Notes: generated from the letters alone by a model not told the origin. Numbered from the stretch's first letter, positions 15,645 to 25,550 are shown. The stretch is 64,000 bases of DNA from Bdellovibrionota bacterium (GCA_044352465.1 JBILDU010000003.1:1752-65751); one strand, 5' to 3'. Numbers and translations are program-made.

Positions 15645-17432
15645 ATGCTGCATGTTACTGGATTAACGAAAGTTTACGGCGATAAGACTATCTTTGAGGA
15701 CGTCTCCTTTAGCCTTCGTCCGGGCGAGCGTCTCGGCATCGTTGGCCGGAATGGATGCGGAAAGTCCTCCCTCTTTCGTCTTATTCTTGGCGAGGAGCAC
15801 CCCGATGAGGGAGAGATCACCATGCCGAAGGGGTATAAAGTCGGCCACCTCGCCCAGCATCTGGAATTTACCGAGCCAACCATCATTCGTGAGGTGTGCC
15901 TCGGCCTCCCCGAAGACGAGCGTGACCAGGAATACCGTGGTGAGATAATCCTAAACGGTCTCGGCTTCTCCGATGATGACATGCAGAAAGCCCCGAGCGA
16001 GTTCTCAGGGGGATTTCAGATCCGTTTGAATCTGGCAAAGCTCCTTCTCTCTGAGCCTAACCTTCTTCTTCTTGACGAGCCCACCAATTACCTCGACATC
16101 GTCTCGGTGCGGTGGCTCACCGGATTTCTTCGCGCGTGGCGAAACGAGCTTATCATCATCACCCACGACCGCCTTTTCATGGACGCGGTGACGACCGACA
16201 CCATGGCGATCCACCGGAGCGCGATTAGAAAGATGCCGGGAGGTTCGCAGAAAGTTCTCGATCAGATTAAGCAAGATGAGATCTTGTACGAGAAAAGTCG
16301 GCTCAACGATGAAAAGCGTCGCAAAGAACTCGAGGAGTTCATCAACCGCTTTCGCGCCCAGGCAGCAAAAGCGGCGCTCGTTCAATCGAAGATCAAGATG
16401 CTCGAGCGGCTCGGCAAGAAGGATGAACTCATGGACGAGTCGAGCCTAGAGTTTCGCTTCTGTGAGGCGGCGTTTCCTGGCAAGTTGATGCTCGAGGCTA
16501 AAGACCTGACCTTCAGCTATCCCGGTGGTCCAACACTTATTCAAGATTTGAACCTCGCTATCGGTAAACGGGATCGAATTGCGATTATCGGCAAAAACGG
16601 TAAAGGTAAATCAACGCTCCTGAAGCTTCTCGCGGGAGAGCTCACCCCGAACGGTGGGACGGTTGAAATGAGCCAAAACGCGCGGCTCGGCTACTTCGGA
16701 CAGACCAATATCTCGCGCCTCGACCCAAAACTCACCGTTGAGCAGGAGATCGAGAACGCGAATCGCCAACACCACCGCACCATCGTGCGTGCTATCTGCG
16801 GTACGATGATGTTTAGCGGTGATGATGCTCTTAAAAAGATCGGGGTTCTGTCGGGGGGTGAAAAGAGCCGGGTGCTTTTAGGAAAGATCTTGGCGCAACC
16901 TGCGAACCTCCTTCTTCTTGACGAGCCAACGAATCATCTTGATGTCGAATCGATCGAAGCGCTTCTGCATAGCCTCCGCAACTACGAAGGGGCTGTTGTC
17001 GTCGTCACCCACTCAGAGCTTCTCTTAAAGGACCTCGCGACCCGGCTGGTGATCTTTCGGGGGGAGGTCCCCGAAGTCTTTGAGCACGATTATCAATACT
17101 TTCTCCAAAAGGTCGGCTGGGACGACGATGGCACCGAGGCCCCCTCGAAGGCTCGGGTTGAGGCGAAGAGAGAGGAACCTAAAAAAGAGCCGCCGAAAGA
17201 TCTCGCGAAGGTGTTGCGCCCGTTAGAGCGGAAAGTCACCGAGCTTGAAGAAAAGATCGTCAAACTCGAAAAAGAGTTGAAAACAACCCAGGACAAACTC
17301 GTATCGATCCAGGACCCCAAAGAGATTGCAGCGCTCAGCAACGCTTTTAAAAATACCCAAGACTCGATCGATCGGTATTTCAATGAGCTCGAAAAGGCCA
17401 GCGCTGAGCTTGAGGAAAAGCGCCGCGGTTAG
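15645..17432 (+). CDS. ABC-F family ATP-binding protein
   Basis: Two ABC domains (GRNGCGKS / FSGG / LLLDEPTN and GKNGKGKS / LSGGE / LLLDEPTN), no TM segments, coiled-coil tail. Confidence 0.95.
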   Translation: MLHVTGLTKVYGDKTIFEDVSFSLRPGERLGIVGRNGCGKSSLFRLILGEEHPDEGEITMPKGYKVGHLAQHLEFTEPTIIREVCLGLPEDERDQEYRGEIILNGLGFSDDDMQKAPSEFSGGFQIRLNLAKLLLSEPNLLLLDEPTNYLDIVSVRWLTGFLRAWRNELIIITHDRLFMDAVTTDTMAIHRSAIRKMPGGSQKVLDQIKQDEILYEKSRLNDEKRRKELEEFINRFRAQAAKAALVQSKIKMLERLGKKDELMDESSLEFRFCEAAFPGKLMLEAKDLTFSYPGGPTLIQDLNLAIGKRDRIAIIGKNGKGKSTLLKLLAGELTPNGGTVEMSQNARLGYFGQTNISRLDPKLTVEQEIENANRQHHRTIVRAICGTMMFSGDDALKKIGVLSGGEKSRVLLGKILAQPANLLLLDEPTNHLDVESIEALLHSLRNYEGAVVVVTHSELLLKDLATRLVIFRGEVPEVFEHDYQYFLQKVGWDDDGTEAPSKARVEAKREEPKKEPPKDLAKVLRPLERKVTELEEKIVKLEKELKTTQDKLVSIQDPKEIAALSNAFKNTQDSIDRYFNELEKASAELEEKRRG

Positions 17433-17602
17433 CGAAGCCGTGCACACCTGCATTGCCCATACTCACCTCAGCAATCCGGACCAGCTTCATCCCCAACCGC
17501 GGAGATTGCCGAGTTCCGGAAGTGGGGGAGTGCGCTGAGCCGTGCAGAGAACGGCGCGCCGCTGCTCAAGGCGCTCAGGTTTCACTAAGCGAATCGGGTG
17601 CG

Positions 17603-19453
17603 CTATCGAGATGAGGGACTTTTTGCGTCCGCTGATTCGTCGGTCGCTAGACTCTCGGGGCCTGAGCCGCCGGGAAGGGGATCGACATCGCTCCGAATGA
17701 GATTTAACTCTTCGGCGAAGGCATCCTCGGACCATCCGAACTGCCGTAACACCATCCGCCCCATCGCAATCGCTATCTCAGCCTCTTCAAAAGCGATCTC
17801 GCTCGCACCTGCTTGAACGAGTAGGTCGAGGTCCCCGACATAGCGGTCCCGCACGAAAATCCGGAGTCGCGGATTTAGCTCTCGGGCGTTCACGATAATC
17901 GGAGCGGGACTCGATGACTTGGCCACCGTGATAAGCAGGTGTGTGGCGTTTTCGACGCCTGCTTGCTCGAGGATCGCGGGACTCTTCGCATCTCCGAAGA
18001 TTGCGACGAGAGTCTCGTCCTCGAGGGCATTGATCTCAGCCACTGTATCCATGTTCAGATCGATAACGACGGTCCGCATCCCCCCCTTCTTTAGGAGACG
18101 ACACACACTTCTGCCAACGAACCCGTAACCGACCACGATGGCTGTCTTTCGAAGCGGGCCTTCGGCAGCGTGCTTGACGAGCGCCGCTGTCGCGCCGTTC
18201 TCGCGCTGCATGCGCCGCTCAGCACGCCCGTTCAAAAGCTTCCAAAGCCGCGGATACCGCTGAATCGCCGACTCAAGTGGCCCAACGAGCCGAATCAAAA
18301 ACGGACTGATCGAAATGGAAATTATCGCCGTCGCGACTAAGACACTGTGCCCCGCCTCCGGCATCAGCCCGACCCGACGAGCCAGCTCAGAGAGGATAAA
18401 TGAGAATTCACCGATCTGAGCTAAGGCGAGACTAATCACTAATCCGGTATGCACTGAGTGCCCGAGAAGTGCGACGATCAGGAGCGCCGCGAGCGGCTTC
18501 GCAATAAGGGTAATTCCGAGCGCCGCGAGAAGAACCAGCGGTTCCTCAACAACGACCGATGGCTCAAAGAGCATCCCCACCGAGACAAAGAAGAGCACCG
18601 CAAAAGCATCGCGGAGCGGTAAAGCATCCGATGCCGCTTGTTGGCTGACCGGCGACTGACCTACCACCATGCCCGCGAGGAATGCGCCGAGTGCCATAGA
18701 TGCTCCGAAGAACGCATACGCAGCGGCGGCAATTGTGATCGAGAAGACAAGCACGGTGAGGGTGAAGAGCTCACGCGATCGGAGCCGCGCGACCCATACA
18801 AGCACTGTGGGGATGAGGCGGGAGCCCGCAAAAAGGACGATACTAACGAGCGCGGCGAGCTTCGCAAGGGCTGTGAGAAGCGCTGACCAAAACCCGCTTG
18901 CCTGTTCGACAGAACTTGCGACGCCCTCCCCAAATTGGGCTCCGAGGACCGGAAGAATCACCAACGCAATCACGGTGAAAATATCCTCAACGATGAGCCA
19001 ACCCACCGCGGCGTGGCCGGCGGGGCTCTCAAGTTTGCCGCTGTCTTGTAACACCCGTATGAGAACGACGGTGCTTGCCACCGCGATAGCCATCCCCATA
19101 ACGAGCCCGGTCCCGATACTGAACCCGAGTGCTGAAAAAACAACCGCACCGAGAATCGTGGCGACAAAGCTTTGTCCCACCGCACCGGGGATGGCGATCC
19201 ACTTCACCGCCGCGAGATGCTTCACATGGAAATGAAGCCCTACCCCGAACATCAAGAGCATTACCCCCACTTCAGCGAGTTGATGGGCGAGTTTCACATC
19301 TCCCACAAATCCGGGGGTGTGGGGACCGATGAGGATGCCAGCGAGTAGATATCCAACGATTGGGGAGAGCCCCAATCGATGGGTCATGAGCCCCAGCACC
19401 CAAGCTGAGAAGAACGCTGCCGCGATAGTGGTGATCAGAGGTAGCTCGGCCAT
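17603..19453 (-). CDS. CPA2 cation:proton antiporter with TrkA-N domain (YbaL/RosB-like)
   Basis: GPHTPGFVGD, LMFGVGLHF, VASTVV, WLIVED, LAQIGEFSFIL and VVGYGFVG RCK motifs. Confidence 0.92.
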   Translation of the reverse strand: MAELPLITTIAAAFFSAWVLGLMTHRLGLSPIVGYLLAGILIGPHTPGFVGDVKLAHQLAEVGVMLLMFGVGLHFHVKHLAAVKWIAIPGAVGQSFVATILGAVVFSALGFSIGTGLVMGMAIAVASTVVLIRVLQDSGKLESPAGHAAVGWLIVEDIFTVIALVILPVLGAQFGEGVASSVEQASGFWSALLTALAKLAALVSIVLFAGSRLIPTVLVWVARLRSRELFTLTVLVFSITIAAAAYAFFGASMALGAFLAGMVVGQSPVSQQAASDALPLRDAFAVLFFVSVGMLFEPSVVVEEPLVLLAALGITLIAKPLAALLIVALLGHSVHTGLVISLALAQIGEFSFILSELARRVGLMPEAGHSVLVATAIISISISPFLIRLVGPLESAIQRYPRLWKLLNGRAERRMQRENGATAALVKHAAEGPLRKTAIVVGYGFVGRSVCRLLKKGGMRTVVIDLNMDTVAEINALEDETLVAIFGDAKSPAILEQAGVENATHLLITVAKSSSPAPIIVNARELNPRLRIFVRDRYVGDLDLLVQAGASEIAFEEAEIAIAMGRMVLRQFGWSEDAFAEELNLIRSDVDPLPGGSGPESLATDESADAKSPSSR

Positions 19454-19752
19454 ACAATAAAGATACTCGAGGGCGTTTGGAGGTGTCCAGTGCGTGGACC
19501 ATAAAGTCGAGTCGACCCATTCTCAGGTGAGAAAACGCTCTGGGCTGGCCCGCATCACCCCACGCATGTGGTCGAGCATCGTCATCGAGGCGTTCTCACG
19601 GGGTATGTGTCGAGGGGAGCTTCACTGGCCACCGCACTCGCTCTTTGCTGTTCCGCGAGGGTTGACTCATGGCTCGGTGGAATAATCCGCGGGTGAATAG
19701 ACAGCAAAATCGTCCCTCCCCCAAAGACTGCGCCTCACGTATCCTTATTGGC

Positions 19753-20448
19753 ATGGGAACGTGGTGCAGACGTATCGCTCAAAGCGATGGGTTCGAGGAT
19801 TTCATCCTCTGTCTTATCGTCATAAACGCCGCCCTCTTGGGGCTTGAGACAAGTAAGACACTCGAGCTTCGGTATGGGGAGATTTTCTATTACGCCTTTC
19901 TCTTCAGCCAACTCATCTTCGTGGCTGAGATCGTGATCAGGCTCCTCGCGTATGCGCCGAGGTTTCCCGATTTTTTCCGGAATGCATGGAATTTATTCGA
20001 TTTCGTTGTTGTCGCCGCTTCCCTCATTCCTGCCGTCGGTGGCTTCGCCCTTATCGCCCGAATAGCTCGGCTCTTTCGGATCGTGCGAATCCTCTCGGTG
20101 TCGGATGAGATGCGCAGCTTTATCGAGGGTATGAGCCGAACGTTCGGACTTCTCGCAAAGACAACGGTGCTGCTCGGTGTGCTCGGATACATGTTTGCTA
20201 TCTCAGGGTACTATCTCTTTAGTGAGGGAGCTCCACAGTCGTGGGGAACACTTGGAGACAGCTTCCGCTCTGTTTTCTTTTTAGCGCTTTTGCAGCGAGT
20301 TCCTGAATTCGTTGCTGAGGTTCCAACGGGTGATCTGCTAGGCAAATTATTCTTCCCGATCTTTTATCTGGTCTACGGAGCTATCGGGCTCAATCTGATC
20401 GGAGCGGTGGCGGCAAGGTACCAAACCCGCGGGGATTTTGAGCGATGA
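19753..20448 (+). CDS. 6TM voltage-gated ion channel (BacNav-like Ion_trans) with atypical filter
   Basis: FEDFILCLIVIN, IFVAEIVIRL, WNLFDFVVV and S4 ARIARLFRIVRIL; pore region WGTLGDSFRSVFFLALLQRV. Confidence 0.8.
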   Translation: MGTWCRRIAQSDGFEDFILCLIVINAALLGLETSKTLELRYGEIFYYAFLFSQLIFVAEIVIRLLAYAPRFPDFFRNAWNLFDFVVVAASLIPAVGGFALIARIARLFRIVRILSVSDEMRSFIEGMSRTFGLLAKTTVLLGVLGYMFAISGYYLFSEGAPQSWGTLGDSFRSVFFLALLQRVPEFVAEVPTGDLLGKLFFPIFYLVYGAIGLNLIGAVAARYQTRGDFER

Positions 20449-20927
20449 GCCGCCTCATCTTTCTCGGGTTAGCGCTGGTTGCTTTTCTTGTCTCCCTAAT
20501 TCTTGCCGTACGGACGCTCCTTTTCGTGGTAGCTGCGGAGCAGTCTATCGGGACGGTAACAGAGATTCAGAGCTCGAATTCCTCGTGTAAAAAGAGTCGC
20601 CGTGTACGTACAGGTCGACGGCACCGAGTCTCCCACGCCTATCACTGCACCAAGTTCAAAGCGGCGATCCAATACCGAAGTGCCCTGGGTGAATTGTATT
20701 CGATGGAACGGGGTGCGGGGAGCGCGCGTGGGCATAACCAACCCCTCAGTGGGGCAGACTTCTCAATCGGACAGACTGTCCCCGTACTCTATAGCCCCGC
20801 GAGTCCAACCGAGGCGCGACTCAATCAGTTCGACGATCTGTGGCTTGGCCCCAGTATTTCGGCTTTGTTCGGGGTGATCCTGGGAATCTTCAGCTTTTTG
20901 CCGCTGCGGCGTCGATTGCACCGCTAA
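20445..20927 (+). CDS. DUF3592-like membrane protein
   Basis: N- and C-terminal TM helices, GTVT, and IGQTVPVLYSPASPTEARL; ATGA overlap with the channel gene. Confidence 0.7.
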   Translation: MSRLIFLGLALVAFLVSLILAVRTLLFVVAAEQSIGTVTEIQSSNSSCKKSRRVRTGRRHRVSHAYHCTKFKAAIQYRSALGELYSMERGAGSARGHNQPLSGADFSIGQTVPVLYSPASPTEARLNQFDDLWLGPSISALFGVILGIFSFLPLRRRLHR

Positions 20928-20978
20928 GTGGAGTTTGCTGACGGAGTCTGTTTCGGACCCTTCGTGAAGAGGATCCGT

Positions 20979-21046
20979 AAGGGGTGTAGAGCAGAGTGAA
21001 CCGAACCGGTGGAAACGAGCGACCTCACCATGCAGCAAAAGGTTTA
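20979..21046. repeat. Bipartite direct repeat, copy A
   Basis: AAGGGGTGTAGAGCAGAGTGAACCGAACCGGTG (20979-21011), a 20-bp spacer, then GCAGCAAAAGGTTTA (21032-21046). Confidence 0.9.
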
Positions 21047-21114
21047 TAGGGGAGGGGGGAACTCGAAAGTGAAAGCCGTCCGCCCTTGGAACGTGCAGCG
21101 TGCGGGTGAGAGGT

Positions 21115-22281
21115 TTAAACCCCCCGCACCCACGACAGAAAATCGGGCCACGGCATGAAATCAACTCCACCATCCGAGGAGCATCGAACTCCGGTTGTGA
21201 CACAAATGCGTCGTGCGAGTGGACCGTGTTGAGCGAGGGACTCGAATCCACCGCCGAGGTCTTTACGATCAACCTCACCGGCGCTTTTAATCTCGACCGC
21301 GTACCGAGACCGATCCGGCGTCACGATAACCAGATCGACCTCCGCCCCCCCGTCCGTCCGGTAAAAGAACGTCTGGAGATTCTTTTTATAGTAACTGTTT
21401 ATCCGCCACACCTCATTAATGATCCACGATTCGAAAAGCGCCCCGTATTCATAGGTCCCGGGGATGATCTCACTGCGCTCCCGTCCTCCGATCGCTCGCA
21501 GCACCCCAGTATCGAAGAGATAGAATTTAGGGCGCTTGGAAAGCTGCTGTCGCGTCGAACCCGCTAGAGGTAGGAGAAACCGCCCAAGCAGCGTATCTTC
21601 TAATATCTGATAATAGCCCCGCACCGTATTGTGATTACTCAGACACACACGGGCGAGTTTTGAGAAGTTTATCTCCGCCCCGTTCGATTCGGCTGCCAGG
21701 GGGAGGAATCGGAGAAAGGTAGTGAGGTTTCGTGTTACTGCCTCAGCCTCGATCTCCTCCTTTATATAGGTATCAACGTACGCTCGAAGCGATTCCGCGC
21801 ATTCGGTGGTCTCGGTGGTGAGGTAGATTTTTGGAAGGGTCCCGTACGCCAACGCTCGGTCGAGCGAAAACCGCTCACCGAGCTCCTCGCACGTGAGCGG
21901 GAAAAGCTCCAGGGCACTCGCCCGGCCACCTAAAAGATTCGCCCTCGATCGCTTGAGCTTCCGCGCGCTCGAGCCCGTCATTACAAAGTTCGGCGCATCG
22001 GGCGACTCAAGGATTTGGTGTATCTCGTCTAAGAGCTCCGGTATTCTTTGCACCTCATCGATAACAATGAATCGAATCCCCGCCGCGCGGTTTTTCACAT
22101 CCGTGGCGAGGAGTCCTGGATCGACCTTCAGTCGGCGAAACTCTCGGCTTAAGAGAAGATTCACGTAGAGCGCCTCGCTTGGGGGAAACGCCGCCTGAAC
22201 GAGCGAGCTTTTTCCGGTTTGCCTCGGACCAAAAAGAAAAAAAGAGCGACCTTTCGGACAGTTAAGCTTCCTTGCAATCAT
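21115..22281 (-). CDS. AAA_14 + DUF4143 ATP-binding protein
   Basis: FGPRQTGKS, IDEVQR, TGSSARKL, LEDTLLG, PKFYLFDTGV, FESW, EVDLV and VEIK (PD-(D/E)xK-like tail). Confidence 0.9.
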   Translation of the reverse strand: MIARKLNCPKGRSFFLFGPRQTGKSSLVQAAFPPSEALYVNLLLSREFRRLKVDPGLLATDVKNRAAGIRFIVIDEVQRIPELLDEIHQILESPDAPNFVMTGSSARKLKRSRANLLGGRASALELFPLTCEELGERFSLDRALAYGTLPKIYLTTETTECAESLRAYVDTYIKEEIEAEAVTRNLTTFLRFLPLAAESNGAEINFSKLARVCLSNHNTVRGYYQILEDTLLGRFLLPLAGSTRQQLSKRPKFYLFDTGVLRAIGGRERSEIIPGTYEYGALFESWIINEVWRINSYYKKNLQTFFYRTDGGAEVDLVIVTPDRSRYAVEIKSAGEVDRKDLGGGFESLAQHGPLARRICVTTGVRCSSDGGVDFMPWPDFLSWVRGV

Positions 22282-22283
22282 AG

Positions 22284-22316
22284 TTACAGTTTACCACCTA
22301 AACTGTAATTAGACAA
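22284..22316 (-). promoter_or_regulatory. Sigma70 promoter TTGTCT-17-TAAACT with an overlapping 10-bp palindromic operator; leaderless start
   Basis: TTACAGTTTA-ccacc-TAAACTGTAA (22284-22308); -35 at 22316-22311, -10 at 22293-22288, ATG at 22281. Confidence 0.7.
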
Positions 22317-22390
22317 TCGGAACGCTAAGCTGGGGTCGCCCAAGCGCATGTACCCGCCCGACAGAGAAAGGAAAGAAGAGGGGGCGAACG

Positions 22391-22495
22391 AAGGGGTGTA
22401 GAGCAGAGTGAACCGAACCGGTGAGAATAACCTCCATCAATCGGTAGAGTTCGCGTTCGCTCAACTCGCCACCCCACAAAGCAGCAAAACGTTTA
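22391..22495. repeat. Bipartite direct repeat, copy B
   Basis: Identical 33-mer at 22391-22423, a 57-bp spacer, then GCAGCAAAACGTTTA (22481-22495), whose TTA is the stop codon of the upstream minus-strand gene. Confidence 0.9.
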
Positions 22496-23185
22496 CTGCT
22501 TCATGGTCCCGATCGGGTGATGATCGACAACCTGAACCGCGGAGATCCTGCACGTCACGCCGAGTGACGATTGGAACGCCGAGTTCACTGCATCTTCGAC
22601 TTCTGACCTGAAGTAGTCGGGCGATTCGATCATGAGTCCACGACCGAGACGCTTCGCCACTTGCATCGCCGCGGACCTGATCTCACGTGCCACGGCGTTC
22701 TCATCGAAGTCGAGCCACCGCCGCATCGTTTGGGGATTCGTTGGATCGACACTGAGACTCGCCGTGACGATCGCTCGAAGGGAGCCCGCCAGACACTCGA
22801 GCCGATAGTCGATCCAGGGCCGCGTGTTGACGACGATCGGGTTCTTGCAGCCACGCAGTGCACCGAGTCTCAGCTGAACCGTGTCAGGGACCACCACGAC
22901 CTCGCTCTTCCGCTCGGCGACGATGATTTCGTTCTGAAGAAGTTCGAACTCCTCATCTCTCCGCGCGATGTAGTAGGCCGCGATGAACAGCATCGACGAG
23001 ATCACAGCGATCCCAGCGGCCGCGGCGGGCGTGTACCTGTTGAGACCCCAGCGGTCTCCGATCTTCTCATCGAGAGCGTAGACGATCAAGAAGCCGAAGA
23101 GCGCCGTGACGACCACCGGGTGCTTACCCGGCAACACTCGATCGAGCAGCAACTGGACGTTCAGGGGCTTGTGGAAGTCTGTCAT
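22493..23185 (-). CDS. Hypothetical membrane protein (2 TM helices plus a soluble domain)
   Basis: Long GC-rich ORF with two hydrophobic segments; no family recognised; ATG 23185 is the likely start. Confidence 0.55.
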   Translation of the reverse strand: MTDFHKPLNVQLLLDRVLPGKHPVVVTALFGFLIVYALDEKIGDRWGLNRYTPAAAAGIAVISSMLFIAAYYIARRDEEFELLQNEIIVAERKSEVVVVPDTVQLRLGALRGCKNPIVVNTRPWIDYRLECLAGSLRAIVTASLSVDPTNPQTMRRWLDFDENAVAREIRSAAMQVAKRLGRGLMIESPDYFRSEVEDAVNSAFQSSLGVTCRISAVQVVDHHPIGTMKQ

Positions 23186-23664
23186 GACTTTGAAAGGGGA
23201 AAGCAAACCAATCGAGAGAAAAAGGGGAAGAAAAACCTTACGGATTCACTCCGCCCTACGGTGCTTTCGGGGTAGTACGCCGAGAGCCCCGTGGGGTGGA
23301 TCTACTCCAACTACCCGGAACAAGTTTTAAAAAACGTCGTTGGGTCGTTTTGGAATGGCACCACGGCGTTAAAACGCTCAGGTCTACGTCAGGGCCACGA
23401 GCGGCGATGGCGAGGCCGGATGTGCGACTACTCTGTGGGGCGCCGCACTCTTTAACGGTACTCCCCTCATGCTGGGTAGACAAGGAGGCGGGGTTCTTAG
23501 GGCAGTCCATGGAAGAGCTGAAAAGCTCGACCTAACAGATATTTAGAGTGATTCGCGGTGACCTTGCCTCAGATAATCTTATGATGATTGAGCCCACCTC
23601 GTATGACGGGAGCTGCGCCGAAGCGCCGCTCAGCCCGGCACCCCCGCTTCGGTGTGTGACCGAG

Positions 23665-23760
23665 GATCCTCCCCGCGAGTGCCCCCATTACACCGTTGTC
23701 GAAGATATAAAATTTCGGCACCGTTCGAGCTCGTCGGTGCCATTCCATAGCGCTGGAAGC
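23665..23760 (-). pseudogene. Decayed fragment of a second AAA-DUF4143 gene
   Basis: The minus strand reads RRARTVPKFYIFDNGVMGALAG, matching QLSKRPKFYLFDTGVLRAIGG of the intact gene; the flanking frame is broken. Confidence 0.45.
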
Positions 23761-23982
23761 GTTCCAAACGAGAGCGCTGTGGTTAGCTCGAACCGCTACG
23801 CAAGCTCAGCCGAGATGCGCGGTTAGAGATGAAATACGAACGCACGTCCCACAAGAAGATTAGCCCCGCCCCGTTCTAGCTTTCGAGGGCTCAGGCCGGT
23901 GAGGATACCTATTAATTCCGACTCCTCGTTTTTTCAGTAAAAAGTAGCCCCCGGTAATTTGAGTTTCACTTGGGGCGAGACA

Positions 23983-25230
23983 CTAGCGAAATCCTCCAAG
24001 GAGACTCTTCTGCCTCCTGCGTGCCAAGTCCTTGGCAATTGAAAAATCTCGGCCTAATAAAAATACGACAAGTAAGCAGATCGGAAAGAAAAACATTTGA
24101 TGGTGAAATTGTGCAACGTAGGCAAGGTACCCTCCCGTGAGCGCGTAGTAACTGAACAGGCAAGCAAAAAATAACGGTGCTCGGTTCCGGCAAATACTCA
24201 CTCCGTACGCAACCACGCTCAGGGCGATCGCTGTATCAAAGAACCAGCCATACGGTGCGGTTGTTAGGGAAAGCAGGATGAGCAAGGGGAGCTCATTGCT
24301 CCACGAGATATCGGGCCGATAACGGGTAAGCCTGAAAAGCATCAACGCAGTTGCGCCAAGTACCACAAAAACTTCAATCCTAAGGGCGCCAAGCCAAGAG
24401 CCACCATAGGCGCGCAAAAACCCCCCGAGTGTCGCGGCTAACCACTCATTTGTTCTGACAGCACCAGAAATAATTTCTGGGTGAAGCTGCGCATCAATCC
24501 ACTGCGAAAGTATTGGTCCCTGGAAGATTAGGCTTCCCCCAACGAGGACCCCTAATCCGACAACCCCACCCCAAAGAACGAAAAATCGTCTCTCTTTAAA
24601 GATCCACCAGATGAGTACTAATGCGAGGAGATAAACGAGGTGAGGTTTAACTGAGGTGAGAGAGAGCAAAAATCCTGCTGCAAAATCCCATCGCTTCTTA
24701 AGACACACGCTAAACCCCAGCACAGAAACGGTGAGGAGCAGGCTTATCTGGCCGAGGCGAAGAACCTCGTAGAATGGTGGGAATAAAACTAGGGCGAACA
24801 AAGCGAAAATTTTGAATCCTTGCTGTCTTGGATAAAGCAAAGCACAGAGATACACGGCTATTAAAAGGAATAGAATATTCAAAGCAAACCACCCCACCGC
24901 CGCCTTCTTGAGATCCAACTCCAAAATCGGCTTCATAATGAGAAGTAACCACGGTGGGTTCCACATCATCGTCACATCACCTACGGTGCCGATGGTGCTT
25001 TGAACCTCGCGCATATTTGCAGGTAAATAGGGGTTTCGCCCGCATTCAACGACTCTGTAGGCAGACCAATACTGGATAAAATCAATTACTCCATAACCAT
25101 GGAGGTCGACGGTCTCAGACTGAAGCATCTGAACGCGAGAGGTGTTGGGCCGAATCAGGGAAAAATACACACAAGCGGCAACAGCAACGACAGTCCATAG
25201 AAGCAATAATGTGCGCACAACCACCTTCAT
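23983..25230 (-). CDS. GT87 / DUF2029-like integral membrane glycosyltransferase
   Basis: DFIQYW, NPY, WNPPW, LGQISLL and SVKPHL motifs; multiple TM helices. Confidence 0.8.
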   Translation of the reverse strand: MKVVVRTLLLLWTVVAVAACVYFSLIRPNTSRVQMLQSETVDLHGYGVIDFIQYWSAYRVVECGRNPYLPANMREVQSTIGTVGDVTMMWNPPWLLLIMKPILELDLKKAAVGWFALNILFLLIAVYLCALLYPRQQGFKIFALFALVLFPPFYEVLRLGQISLLLTVSVLGFSVCLKKRWDFAAGFLLSLTSVKPHLVYLLALVLIWWIFKERRFFVLWGGVVGLGVLVGGSLIFQGPILSQWIDAQLHPEIISGAVRTNEWLAATLGGFLRAYGGSWLGALRIEVFVVLGATALMLFRLTRYRPDISWSNELPLLILLSLTTAPYGWFFDTAIALSVVAYGVSICRNRAPLFFACLFSYYALTGGYLAYVAQFHHQMFFFPICLLVVFLLGRDFSIAKDLARRRQKSLLGGFR

Positions 25231-25258
25231 ACGAGGCCACTACCACCAAAATCCCGAC

Positions 25259-25447
25259 TTGAACGTGTTTCACGACCTCGCTCATGCACAGACGGTCGTT
25301 GATGCCTTTCGCAGCGAATACAACCACGAAAAACCACACGAGTCGCTTAAGAGTACCTCCAAGCGGTGTTTGCTTCACAGCCCAGAAAGGAGTTAAAAGA
25401 CAACAAACGGACTACGCCTCAAACCGTAGGGGAGAGGAGGGCTGATC
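25259..25447 (+). pseudogene. IS3-family transposase C-terminal remnant
   Basis: LNVFHDLAHAQTVVDAFRSEYNHEKPHESL resembles the IS3-family integrase tail (F..L..A...I..W...YN..RPH.SL); no intact gene; right boundary approximate. Confidence 0.65.
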
Positions 25448-25550
25448 CTGCGGTTGAGGATGCTCAGAATTTCAAACTGATATTCCGAGTGATGTCAGCC
25501 GGGGCGAATGAAGCGGTCGCGATGGTAGGGGCGGCGCGACACCCCTACGC

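Noticed and set aside
20979-22423. 33-bp repeats as CRISPR repeats or integron attC sites
   Set aside because: Only two copies 1.4 kb apart, no cas or intI gene, and no attC core-site symmetry.
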